A DNA stretch of 64,000 bases from an uncultured Porphyromonadaceae bacterium (GTDB taxonomy: Bacteria > Bacteroidota > Bacteroidia > Bacteroidales > Muribaculaceae). Below the pieces are notes generated by a model that was given only the letters and a program-made list of their open reading frames with translations, was not told the DNA's origin and searched no databases. Below are positions 52,507 to 62,349 of the stretch, piece by piece. A program made the translations under genes and the position numbers. Every line of letters starts with the position of its first letter. Within the stretch, counting starts at the first letter, position 1. The stretch covers positions 50,585 through 114,584 of the forward strand of contig CANPGB010000006.1 in the NCBI GenBank assembly GCA_947573485.1. Reading direction: 5' to 3'.

Positions 52507-55274
52507 GTGAACCGACATATTCTTACATCTATAATCTTGCTTGCCGGTGTCATAAGGCTTGATGCGGCAAAGGTGAGCGGCACTGTTCTCGACGCTTCCG
52601 ACAAAAGCCCGCTGCCGGCTTGCGCCATTGCCATTCTTCCGGGGCAGAGGAGCGTGCAGACCGATATCGACGGCAAATTTGTGCTCGATATTCCTGCAGG
52701 TGCTTACACCTTGAAGGCTTCGTATGTGGGTTTTGACGACTACACCGCCGGGCTAAAAGTGGGAGCACGTGACACCTCGATAGTGATAGAGCTCAAGCCC
52801 GCAGCAACCAGCTCGCCGAAGTGACGGTTACAGCCAGGGAGTCGACCGGCATTACTACCGCCTCCCGTATCGGCAAAGACGCCATGGCGCATCTCCAGCC
52901 TTCAAGTTTCACCGACCTCCTCGAACTTCTCCCGGGCAATATCAGCCAGAATCCCCAAATGGGGTCGGTGAACTCCATAAAGCTCCGCGAAACGGGCAAT
53001 ATCGGCGCGACAGGCAATACTGCCGACAACGCTGACTATGCGATAAGCGCCCTCGGCACGGCCTTCAACGTCGACGGCGTGCCCCTCAACAACGACGCCA
53101 ACCTGCAGAGTGTGGGTATAGAGGCGGCCACCGGGCGAAATTCCGTGAACCGCGGTGTAGATATGCGCTCGCTTGCAACCGATAATATCGAGAGTGTTGA
53201 GATTGTGCGAGGCATACCCTCGGCAGAGTATGGCAACATGACCTCCGGCCTCGTGAACATCAGACGCACAAGGCGTGCCACGCCCTGGACGGCGCGTTTC
53301 AAAGCCGACGGATACAGCAAATTGCTCTATGCGGGAAAAGGTATAGCCCTCGGCCCCGACGGCCGCAACACCCTCAACGCTGACATCGGCTGGCTCGACA
53401 GCAAGACCGATCCACGCAACAAACTCGAGAACTTCAAGCGCATTACAGCCTCGCTGCGCGCCGCGCTGACGTGGAGCTCTCCCGTATTGCTCACCGACTG
53501 GAACCTCTCGGCCGACTATACAGGCACCGCCGACCGCTCGAAGACAGACCCCGACCTATCTCTTAACAAACTCGACGAATACCGCTCCGATAATCATCGC
53601 GGAGCCTTTGCCACCGATCTTTCGCTTTCGTTCCGCTCGCTTAAATGGTTGTCGAGGATTGATATAAAAGCATCGGCCTCGTATGAGTCGGACCGTCTCC
53701 GCCGTCTGCGCCAGGTGGCACCGTCGCGTGCGGCTATCGCTCCCATATCCAACAGCGAAGGTGTGCACGACGGCGTCTTCATACTCGAAGAGTACATTGC
53801 CGACTATCTCAGCGAGGGAAAGCCTCTGAGCCTCTTCGCGAAACTCGGTCTCAACGGCAACTTGCCCGTATGGAGTCAAGCCACACATGCCTGGAAAGCG
53901 GGGGCAGAGTGGAATCATAGCAAGAATTACGGCCGCGGCCAGGTTTACGACCCGATGAAACCGCTATCGGCGTCGTGGACATCGCGCCCGCGCGACTACC
54001 GCAGCATCCCGGCGCTTAACCTTGTTTCGGCGTATCTTGAAGATGCCCTTACGGCGCCATCTCCGGCAGGCACGCTCGAACTGCAGGCAGGCGTCCATGC
54101 GGTGACGATAGCCGGTCTTGACCGCCGTTATGCCATTTCGGGCAAACCCTACCTCGACCCCCGAATAAATGCCGTATGGCGTTTCCCGGCTTTTTATACC
54201 GGAGGCCGGAGCACCGAACTTCTCCTTGCGGGCGGTTACGGTCTGAGCACACGTATGCCTACAGTCGACTATCTTTTTCCGCAGGAGGCTTATCTCGACA
54301 TACTCCAACTTAATTACTACGACACCTCTGACCCGCGCAACAACAGTCGTGTTAACATGCGCACCTATATCAACGACGCCACAAACTACGATCTCAAACC
54401 GGCCCGCAACCGCAAATGGGAGGTGCGAGTCGGAGCTTCGGTGGGTGCCAACCGCTTGTCGGTGACCTATTTCGAGGAGCATATGAACTCCGGCTTCCGC
54501 TATTCAAATATCTACGGAGCATATAAATACACCCTTTACGACCCCTCGGGAATAAAGCCCGGAGAGCTGGCGGGGCCGCCCCAGCTCCAGGATCTGCCCT
54601 CAAGCGAGCAATCGGTGCTCCGAGGCTACCGCCGTGCCGAGAACGGCTCAACGATAGATAAACGCGGCGTGGAGTTTCAGCTCAATACCGCCCGATGGCG
54701 CCCGCTCGCCACTTCGCTCATAATATCTGGTGCATGGTTCCGCTCGCGTTACAGCAACTCGCAGCGCATCTTCGACCCCGTTAGCGATGTTGTCGACGGC
54801 ACCTCGGTGAGCGACCGCTTTGTAGGGCTCTACAACACCGACGACGGTCGTGTGAGCGAGCAGTTCAACACCAATTTCATGTTCGACACACAGATACCCA
54901 AACTCGGCCTTGTGTTCACTACCACGCTCCAGTGCATGTGGTACGTTAAGACCCGACGTCTGGCTCAGAACGGCGTGCCCGACGCCTACGTATCGGCTGT
55001 CGACGGACTCCTGCACGACTTCGACAACGGCAATGCCGACCCTCTGCTGAAATATCTTATACAATATTACAACCCCGACCTTTTCAACAACTACACCATA
55101 CCCACGGCCCTGTACGTCAACCTCAAGGCTACCAAGAGCATAGGCAAATGGCTAAGGGTAGCTGTGTTCGTCAACCGCATAATCGACTATCTGCCCGATT
55201 ACAAATCAAATGGCCTGACGGTACGCCGCTCTTCCGACGCATACTTCGGCATGGAACTCAACTTCACTCTCTGA
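52507..55274 (+). pseudogene. TonB-dependent receptor with N-terminal CarboxypepD_reg domain, split by a 1-nt frameshift
   Basis: ORF 52480-52824 encodes a signal peptide plus a carboxypeptidase-regulatory-like fold (VSGTVLDASDKSPLPACAIAILP...TDIDGKFVLDIPAGAYTLKASYVGF). ORF 52821-55274 encodes the plug (NIESVEIVRGIPSAEYG) and barrel. The ORF2 frame is open from 52773. The frames join as ...IELKPAAT-QLAEVTVTARE if one base is added at CC 52808-52809. Confidence 0.75.
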
Positions 55275-55278
55275 CCTC

Positions 55279-56562
55279 ATGATAAACAAGAATATATTAT
55301 TCCCCGTACTCGCCCTCGGTGTCTTTGGTGCCTGCTCCGACAACGCCTGCGACCCCGTTCCCGCCAAAGCCGGCGTTCATATCTCGGTCCCCGCAGATAT
55401 CGACATCTCCGGGCTCCGCGACGGCTCACTTACATTTTATAATATAAGTTCGGGCGAGAGTCTCTCCACGCCATGTGGCGCGGGCCTCTCTGTCGAGACC
55501 ATGGTGCAGCCGGGTGTATACAATATCTCATACTCGGCGACTGTAACCCTTGCCAACGGTGTGGAAGCCGCGCTGCGCGGACAAATCGCAGGAGTACAGA
55601 TTACCCCCGGCGGGGCAAGCACAACGCTCAGCACTTTTGCCGCCGTCGACACCGACGACCTCATCATCTCGGAACTCTTCTTCACCGGCACACTGCAGAC
55701 CTCCGGCAATCAATACAACGGCGACCAGTATATCAAATTATACAATAATACCGGCCATACCGTGTATGCCGACGGACTCACGATATTTGAATCGCAGTTC
55801 CTCACTACCCAGAAGTTCAACTATACGCCCGACCTCATTGCAAGCGACGTAAGTGTCGATGCCTTGTACACAATTCCGGGCAGTGGCACCGATTATCCCG
55901 TGGAGCCCGGCGAGGAACTCCTCATAGCCGATATTGCCATAGACCACCGAGAGATCAACCGCAATTCTTTCGACCTCAGTCATGCCGACTTCGAGTGGTA
56001 CGACCAAAGCTCGACTCCGGCTTACACCGATATCGACAATCCTGCGGTGGAGAATCTCGACAAATGGTATTGCTACACGCTCTCGATATGGCAGCTGCAC
56101 AACCGAGGCCTCAAAGCCTACGGTATCGCCCGCATCCCTGTGGATAAAGACGAGTATCTGAGCGGCTACCGTTATACCGTGGAGTACGACCAAACAACGG
56201 CCGCAGGCACTTTCCCGATGTCAAAGACCTGTTACCGCCTGCCCAACGAGTGGGTGGTGGATATTGTGAACTGCTCGGTGGAGTCGGAGTATCTCTGGAA
56301 CGTGTGCACACCTGCACTCGACATGGGCTGGACCCACTGCGGAACGGTTGACGGCGATAAAAACCGCTATTTCCATGCCGTGCGCCGCAAGGTGCTGACA
56401 CTCGGTGCCGACGGGCACCCGCTGCTCTCCGACACAAACAACTCCTCGCAGGACTTCAACTCTTTCGTAACACCTTCTGAAATTGAACGTCAGGGCACTG
56501 CTGCCGGAATCGACGGGAAGCCCGCATCCACGCAGACTTACGACGGTGTAATGCCTAAATGA
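55279..56562 (+). CDS. surface lipoprotein with lamin-tail-like (LTD) segment, DUF4876-like
   Basis: Lipobox LALGVFGAC. DDLIISELFFTG...GDQYIKLYNNTGHTVYADGLTIFES resembles the LTD signature. Starts 4 nt after the TBDR stop. Confidence 0.6.
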   Translation: MINKNILFPVLALGVFGACSDNACDPVPAKAGVHISVPADIDISGLRDGSLTFYNISSGESLSTPCGAGLSVETMVQPGVYNISYSATVTLANGVEAALRGQIAGVQITPGGASTTLSTFAAVDTDDLIISELFFTGTLQTSGNQYNGDQYIKLYNNTGHTVYADGLTIFESQFLTTQKFNYTPDLIASDVSVDALYTIPGSGTDYPVEPGEELLIADIAIDHREINRNSFDLSHADFEWYDQSSTPAYTDIDNPAVENLDKWYCYTLSIWQLHNRGLKAYGIARIPVDKDEYLSGYRYTVEYDQTTAAGTFPMSKTCYRLPNEWVVDIVNCSVESEYLWNVCTPALDMGWTHCGTVDGDKNRYFHAVRRKVLTLGADGHPLLSDTNNSSQDFNSFVTPSEIERQGTAAGIDGKPASTQTYDGVMPK

Positions 56563-58052
56563 AACGACTCGCTTTTATCATGACTGCGGCCGCAATGGTC
56601 GCTCAGGCCAAGGCCGAAATCGCTCCTGCCCTTATCGCCTGCGACACTCTTGCCAATTCTACCGCAAGTGTCACCCTGCGTCTTCCGGCGCTCTCGCCGT
56701 GGTTGCAGGGGGCTTCGCTATCGGCGATTTCTGCAGGCTATGCCGATGAATCGTTCGACAAGGCTCCGCAAAGCGCCTTCGGAAAAGGCGCGCGTAAAGG
56801 CTTTTTTGATGCCGAGACTTACCTCAAGACTTCCCGCGCGACTATCACGGGGCATGCGTCATATACCAATGGCAAGCGCCGAGGGATAGAGGGCTGTGAG
56901 GTGAGTGACCCCGCTCTGATTTACCCGTATCTAACCGCCGACACCATAGGTGGCGACATGAACACGGAGTGCTACCGCTTCGGAGGCAGTTATGCCTCTT
57001 CGTTCGGCGGGGGCAAGTGGATATACGGCGCAGAGCTGCATTACCGGGCTCTTCAGGAATACCGACAGCGCGACCCTCGCCCCAAAAACACGGTAGGGCA
57101 ACTTGATTTCGCCCTCTCATTCGGACGTAAGTTGGACGACTATTTTGTAGTGGTCGGGGGAGATGCCTATAAGTATTCGCAGTCGGGCTCAATCTCTTTT
57201 GTAAGCGATCTCGGAGCGGTGAAGGTTCACCATCTCACGGGCCTCGGCACGCAGTATAACCGTTTTGCAGGCTCTAACCGTGAAGTGAATTTCTCGGGGT
57301 GGCGCCGGGGTGTGACGCTGGCCATATGGCCTTCTACGGTAGGTGCCTTCGCTTCAGTAGGTTATCATTGCCTTACCTTGGGCAAGGTGCTCAAGTCACT
57401 CAACAATCTGCCGTCGAACCGCGTGGTCGACAACCAAGTTGAGGCTGAGGCCGGTTGGCGCGCAGGCGCATGGTCGGTATCTGCATCGGCCGACTACAAT
57501 CATCGCAGCGGAATCGACAATATTTTCGGCGACCCGGCCGGGAACGTCTATCCCGAGCTTTTCTCTCTGGCAAATTATAAGGCGAGCCACATAAGCGCAT
57601 CGGCAAAAGGAGCCTGGCGACATATGTTTGCCACCGGGCGCCTGACCCTGGCCGGTTCTCTCTCATACGTAGGACATAAGGAAACGTACACCGGAAGCGC
57701 AGCGGTGCGGCAGGCTCGTCTGACGTGGTTGCGGCCGGGTATCTCGGCGTCTTATGCAGGTAATCTCGGCAGGAAATTCATACTTGAAGCTTCGGCTGAT
57801 GCCCGGGCCTCTTTCGTACCCGATTCCTCGCTCGATGGGATTGGCGCAGACGCCGACTACTTCGGCCGCCTTTACATGCGCGATTTCGATATTGCCGCAG
57901 GCCGCAGTGTAGATGCCGCCCTGGCAGCTTCGCTTCTCTATGTGCTCAAGGGAGACTATGCTTTAGGGCTTAGGCTCAGCTATCGTCACACAGCCATGTC
58001 GCAGGCAATCCATGGCAATGCTTTCGGCGCGGCTCTTACGTTTAAATTCTGA
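56559..58052 (+). CDS. outer-membrane beta-barrel protein (DUF6850-like)
   Basis: Signal peptide MKRLAFIMTAAAMVAQAKA, Gly/Tyr/Ser-rich alternating strands and a C-terminal ...GAALTFKF OMP signature. ATGA overlap with the upstream gene. Confidence 0.6.
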   Translation: MKRLAFIMTAAAMVAQAKAEIAPALIACDTLANSTASVTLRLPALSPWLQGASLSAISAGYADESFDKAPQSAFGKGARKGFFDAETYLKTSRATITGHASYTNGKRRGIEGCEVSDPALIYPYLTADTIGGDMNTECYRFGGSYASSFGGGKWIYGAELHYRALQEYRQRDPRPKNTVGQLDFALSFGRKLDDYFVVVGGDAYKYSQSGSISFVSDLGAVKVHHLTGLGTQYNRFAGSNREVNFSGWRRGVTLAIWPSTVGAFASVGYHCLTLGKVLKSLNNLPSNRVVDNQVEAEAGWRAGAWSVSASADYNHRSGIDNIFGDPAGNVYPELFSLANYKASHISASAKGAWRHMFATGRLTLAGSLSYVGHKETYTGSAAVRQARLTWLRPGISASYAGNLGRKFILEASADARASFVPDSSLDGIGADADYFGRLYMRDFDIAAGRSVDAALAASLLYVLKGDYALGLRLSYRHTAMSQAIHGNAFGAALTFKF

Positions 58053-58076
58053 ATTTAATATCTGTAAAATAATAAT

Positions 58077-60887
58077 TTGATGAATTACGGTAAATACCTC
58101 TTACTGCTTGTCGCAGCCTCATTCTGCGGCAGTGCGCCGGCGGCAACTATCGACCCCGCGGTGCGCACAGGCAAGCTCGAGAACGGCTTGACCTACTATC
58201 TCATGCAAAACGATAAGCCGGGCGGCACAGCCGATTTCTTCCTCGCTCAGAAAGTAGGCTCGGTCAATGAGGAGGAAAACCAGCGCGGTCTGGCACATTT
58301 TCTCGAGCATATGTGTTTCAACGGCACCGAGCATTTCCCCGGCAATTCGCTCATCGGCTACCTCGAGAGCATCGGTGTGAAATTCGGCGCTCATCTCAAT
58401 GCCTACACCTCAACCGACGAAACCGTCTACAACATTTGCAAGGTGCCCACGGCACGCGAGAGCGCCGTGGATTCGTGCCTGCTTATACTGCGCGACTGGT
58501 GTTGCGCCATCTCGCTCAATCCGGCCGACATCGACAGTGAGAGAGGTGTGATTGTCAATGAATGGAGGCAGCGCAACTCGGCTTCGAACCGCATGCTCGA
58601 GAAAGCTTTCCCGCGCCTTTACCCTGATAACGCTTATGGCGAGCGTCTGCCCATAGGACTGATGAGTGTTGTGGAGAATTTCAAACCGGCCACGCTCCGC
58701 AAGTTCTATAACAAGTGGTATATCCCGGCCAACCAGGCAGTGGTTGTTGTGGGTGACATCGACCTTGACCGCACTGAGCAGGTTATTAAGGGTATGTTCA
58801 GCGAAATGCCCGCAGCACGCGATAAAACTTCAAGTATCGCCGAACTGCCGGAGGTTGAGCTTTCCGACAGTCTGCTCTGTGTGGTGGAGAGCGACCCCGA
58901 GCAGGGTGCCGAGATGATGCAGCTGTATTTCCGCCTCCCTCCCGTGCCCGATAATCTTGCCGATGAAGCTCGCCGTAAGGCCGTCTCCGATATGGCTGCC
59001 GACATTCTTGCAACGCGCTTTGAAGAACTTGAGGCTTCGGCCGACTGCCCTCATACATCTCTCGGCGTCGGCGAGGTAAAATATCTTATGAGCAGGGGAG
59101 AGCAGGCCCTCACTTTCCGAGGCGCTCTCAAGCCGGGCAAGGCCGAAGAGGCTCTGGCGGCATGGTACGGCGAGCTGCGCCGAGCCATTGAGCACGGTTT
59201 CCAGCCTGAGGAGGTTGATAAGGCCCGCACCTCGCTTGAGGCTTCTCTGGCAGAGAAAGCCAAGCACCAGGAAAGCCCGGCCAACACCTACCTGGCACGC
59301 CTGTGTGTGCGTCACTTCCTCGACGGTGGCGAAAAGATAGATTACAACGCCTATCTCGATATGATACGCAAGGCTGCTGCCGAGGTGCGGTCGGAAGATA
59401 TTGTCAACTATCTGCTTGAAGCTGCCGGAAGCGCTCCCAAAGGCGCCGTGGTGCTCCTTTACCGCCCGGCAAAGGACTCGGATAAAGAGCTTGAATCGCA
59501 TTTACGCGAGGTCTTTGCCGAAGTGTCCGGCAAGTCGTTCGAACCTTATAAACCGGCAGTGTATGCCGATGAGCTTATGACGGCCTTGCCTGCCACGGGC
59601 TCGATAGTCGCTGTCGATTCAACCGCAGCCTTCGGCGCACGCAGATATACCCTTTCCAACGGCATCAAAGTCATCGCCCTGCATACCGATTACAAACCCG
59701 GGCAGGTGTATGTGCGCGCTTACAGTCCCGGCGGTCTGGCAGCCTCCTATAATGAGGCTGATGTGCCCACTCTCAGGGTTCTCAACGAGCTCATGGCCGA
59801 GATGAAGTACGGCGGACACTCGGCTTCCGACATCCGTCACATACTCACCGGAGCTTCGGTAAAGGCATCGGTCAACATCTCCACCAACGAGGAGAGCCTC
59901 GAGGCGGCAACGACATCCGATGACCTCGCGAAGGCTTTCCAGCTTCTTTATCTGCGTGCCACTTCGGCTCAGCCCGATAGTGTTGCCTTCGCCAACTTCA
60001 TGGCCACGCAGCACAATACTGCCGCCACGCGCAAGGTAAACCCCGTGCAGGCTATGGGCGATTCAATCCATTTCACCATATACAACCGTCACCCACTTGC
60101 CGGACGGCAGCAGCTTGCCGACATCGATAAGGTGAACCTCGATACGGCCATGAAGATGTATGCCGACCGCTTTGCCGACATGGGCGATTTTACCTTTATG
60201 GTAGTCGGCGATTATAATGAAGCCGAACTCGAGAATTATCTCTGCCAATATGTGGCAACCCTTCCTGCCGCAGGGCGTGTGGATAAAGTGGAGGAAATAG
60301 GCTACGTCTACACTCCTTATGATTTCGATATCCGCTTTACCCGCAAAATGGAGAATCCCCAGGCTATAGTCTACAGCTTCATCAGCGGCCCGGCAGAGTA
60401 TACTCTCGACGACCTCCTGTGCGCCACCGCTTTCGGGCAGCTGCTGCGCACAAGCCTCCTCGCCGACCTCCGCGAGAGCCGCGGCTGGACCTACTCCATA
60501 CGCACCCACTGCGCCATAAATCCCGGGGTGAGTCCTGCAACGGGAGCGCAGGTTATGATGCCCACTTACATCAAGGTCACCCCCGGCAAAGAACATGAGG
60601 TGCTCGATATTGTGCTGGCAACTATCGAAGGTATGACCGAGCCCGGAGCCATAGCCGACGAAGAGGTAGGCGGCCTCAAGGAGTTCCTTATAAAGAATCA
60701 CGCCGAAGCTGTACGCGACAATGCCTACTGGCTTAAAGTCATCAAGGCACTCGAGCGCGACGGTCTCGACCTTGAGACAGGCTACGACGAGGCCGTAAGC
60801 CGTCTGTCGGCCCAATCTATCGCCGACTTTGCCAAGCGTGTTATTCTGCCCGCTCACAAGGCTTCAATTGTCATGAGCGCCGAGTAA
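58077..60887 (+). CDS. secreted two-unit M16 family zinc protease (PqqL/FusC-sized, 936 aa)
   Basis: Signal peptide MMNYGKYLLLLVAASFCGSAPA, HFLEH zinc motif followed by ...LNAYTSTDETVY, and a second inactive M16 repeat in the C-terminal half. Confidence 0.8.
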   Translation: MMNYGKYLLLLVAASFCGSAPAATIDPAVRTGKLENGLTYYLMQNDKPGGTADFFLAQKVGSVNEEENQRGLAHFLEHMCFNGTEHFPGNSLIGYLESIGVKFGAHLNAYTSTDETVYNICKVPTARESAVDSCLLILRDWCCAISLNPADIDSERGVIVNEWRQRNSASNRMLEKAFPRLYPDNAYGERLPIGLMSVVENFKPATLRKFYNKWYIPANQAVVVVGDIDLDRTEQVIKGMFSEMPAARDKTSSIAELPEVELSDSLLCVVESDPEQGAEMMQLYFRLPPVPDNLADEARRKAVSDMAADILATRFEELEASADCPHTSLGVGEVKYLMSRGEQALTFRGALKPGKAEEALAAWYGELRRAIEHGFQPEEVDKARTSLEASLAEKAKHQESPANTYLARLCVRHFLDGGEKIDYNAYLDMIRKAAAEVRSEDIVNYLLEAAGSAPKGAVVLLYRPAKDSDKELESHLREVFAEVSGKSFEPYKPAVYADELMTALPATGSIVAVDSTAAFGARRYTLSNGIKVIALHTDYKPGQVYVRAYSPGGLAASYNEADVPTLRVLNELMAEMKYGGHSASDIRHILTGASVKASVNISTNEESLEAATTSDDLAKAFQLLYLRATSAQPDSVAFANFMATQHNTAATRKVNPVQAMGDSIHFTIYNRHPLAGRQQLADIDKVNLDTAMKMYADRFADMGDFTFMVVGDYNEAELENYLCQYVATLPAAGRVDKVEEIGYVYTPYDFDIRFTRKMENPQAIVYSFISGPAEYTLDDLLCATAFGQLLRTSLLADLRESRGWTYSIRTHCAINPGVSPATGAQVMMPTYIKVTPGKEHEVLDIVLATIEGMTEPGAIADEEVGGLKEFLIKNHAEAVRDNAYWLKVIKALERDGLDLETGYDEAVSRLSAQSIADFAKRVILPAHKASIVMSAE

Positions 60888-60910
60888 GCAGCATAGCGAT
60901 ATACTTCACG

Positions 60911-60950
60911 GGAGCCGTCACTGCACAGTAGGGCAGGGCGGCTCCTTTTT
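60911..60950 (+). terminator. rho-independent terminator after the M16 protease gene
   Basis: 7-bp stem GGAGCCG / CGGCTCC (60911-60917, 60939-60945), followed by TTTTT. Confidence 0.55.
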
Positions 60951-60974
60951 CATTGCCGGATAATGGTAATTTTG

Positions 60975-60982
60975 TAATTTTG
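60975..60982 (+). promoter_or_regulatory. -7 promoter box (TAATTTTG) for the DUF3667-like gene
   Basis: TAnnTTTG, 22 nt upstream of the ATG at 61004, in context TTGTAATTTTGCAGCC. Confidence 0.55.
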
Positions 60983-61003
60983 CAGCCAAAAACAAGTGTT
61001 ATA

Positions 61004-61792
61004 ATGGAGTCTTTATCAGAAAACAAGGGAAAGATAACGATATGCAGGAACTGTGGCGCCCACTGCTCATCGAATTATTGCCCTGATTGCGGCCAGTCGG
61101 TTTTGGAAAAGCGGCTTGAGAACAAGTCTTTCCTGATTGGGATTCTCTCAGGCATATCGCGAATAAACAAAGGTTTCCTTTACACCGCAGGGCAGCTTCT
61201 TGTTCATCCGTGGAAAGTTGTCAGAGATTACATCCAATGCCGCAGAATCCGTTATGTGGCGCCCATATCCATGCTGATTCTCGTATGCTTCATATCTGCG
61301 TTTTTAGGGGCTCTGATTTCAGTTGACTCTCATCCTACGGTCTCAGATGCGGGCATGAATCATATTTCGACCTTCCAAGCTGTGATTCTTTACTTCGGGA
61401 ATATAATCCTGAACAACGCTTTGATACAAAACCTTACCATATATATCCCTGCCTTACTGGCGATTCCCATAGTTTACCGCTCCCACGGAGCTATGCGGTT
61501 CAATATGGCGGAGTATCTTACCGCAATGATTTACATTGCATGTTCCTTCCTCTTATTTGACATTATAACACTCCCTCTTTCAATGCTTTCCGACAACCTT
61601 TATTCGCTTGTCGGACTCGGCTATTCTTTGGTGGTGTGCTCAATGTGTACGTTCAAGGCATTTCCACTATCGTCAAAGAAAGCACGCATAGGGCATTTTT
61701 TGCTGTATATTCTCGTGGTTTCGCTGATTTACCTATTGTTTCTTGTCATATTGGGAGTCTCAATCGGGCTGGGACACGACGCCATACGCTGA
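61004..61792 (+). CDS. DUF3667-like membrane protein with N-terminal zinc ribbon
   Basis: CRNCGAHCSSNYCPDCG zinc ribbon followed by about five TM helices. Start set at MESLSENKG downstream of the promoter box. Visibly lower GC than the core genes. Confidence 0.6.
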   Translation: MESLSENKGKITICRNCGAHCSSNYCPDCGQSVLEKRLENKSFLIGILSGISRINKGFLYTAGQLLVHPWKVVRDYIQCRRIRYVAPISMLILVCFISAFLGALISVDSHPTVSDAGMNHISTFQAVILYFGNIILNNALIQNLTIYIPALLAIPIVYRSHGAMRFNMAEYLTAMIYIACSFLLFDIITLPLSMLSDNLYSLVGLGYSLVVCSMCTFKAFPLSSKKARIGHFLLYILVVSLIYLLFLVILGVSIGLGHDAIR

Positions 61793-62134
61793 ATCAGGGC
61801 AGTGCAGCGATATTACGAAAGCGCACATCCTCACTTGGAGATTAAGGCGGTTAAACTGCTCGAGTTATGCATGGGCCGGGCTCGCAGAATAACATAATCA
61901 ATATCAGAACATCTCCAATTCAGCAGCCTTGGGGCGACTGAAATACTGCGCAAGAATATAGTTCCAGCCATATCACGCACCTCAGTTCCAAAGCTTGGCA
62001 CTATGCAAAAAGCAGTGCGGGTTTTGTTGCATTAACCCTCATATCCCAAAGAAGATAATTCAGCTATTACAAAAAAAAATCCCAGAATGACAAGGATGAT
62101 AGCAGTAGAGAGCACCCCTTGCCTCTACGCTATT

Positions 62135-62156
62135 TTACATAATTGCCATTATGTAA
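62135..62156. repeat. 9-bp perfect inverted repeat TTACATAAT-tgcc-ATTATGTAA
   Basis: Arms at 62135-62143 and 62148-62156, inside a 560-bp ORF-free tract. Confidence 0.6.
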
Positions 62157-62219
62157 CAAAAGGCGAGGAAATAATATAGACCAAATCAAGAGTTGTTCCG
62201 GTCTGAAATAAGATAAGAG

Positions 62220-62253
62220 CGCGCAAAGGAAGCCCCGTAGTTTCCTTTGCGCG
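62220..62253 (-). terminator. strong hairpin about 100 nt downstream of the HTH gene
   Basis: 12-bp perfect stem CGCGCAAAGGAA / TTCCTTTGCGCG, followed on the minus strand by CTCTTATCTTATTTC. Confidence 0.45.
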
Positions 62254-62349
62254 TATTCAATATTCCCACTGCAATAAACGTGCTGACAGAAGGTGGCGCC
62301 AATAAAGCCGCAGGAAAGCTGAAAGGGGCCACGTGCTGCGACGGAAAGA

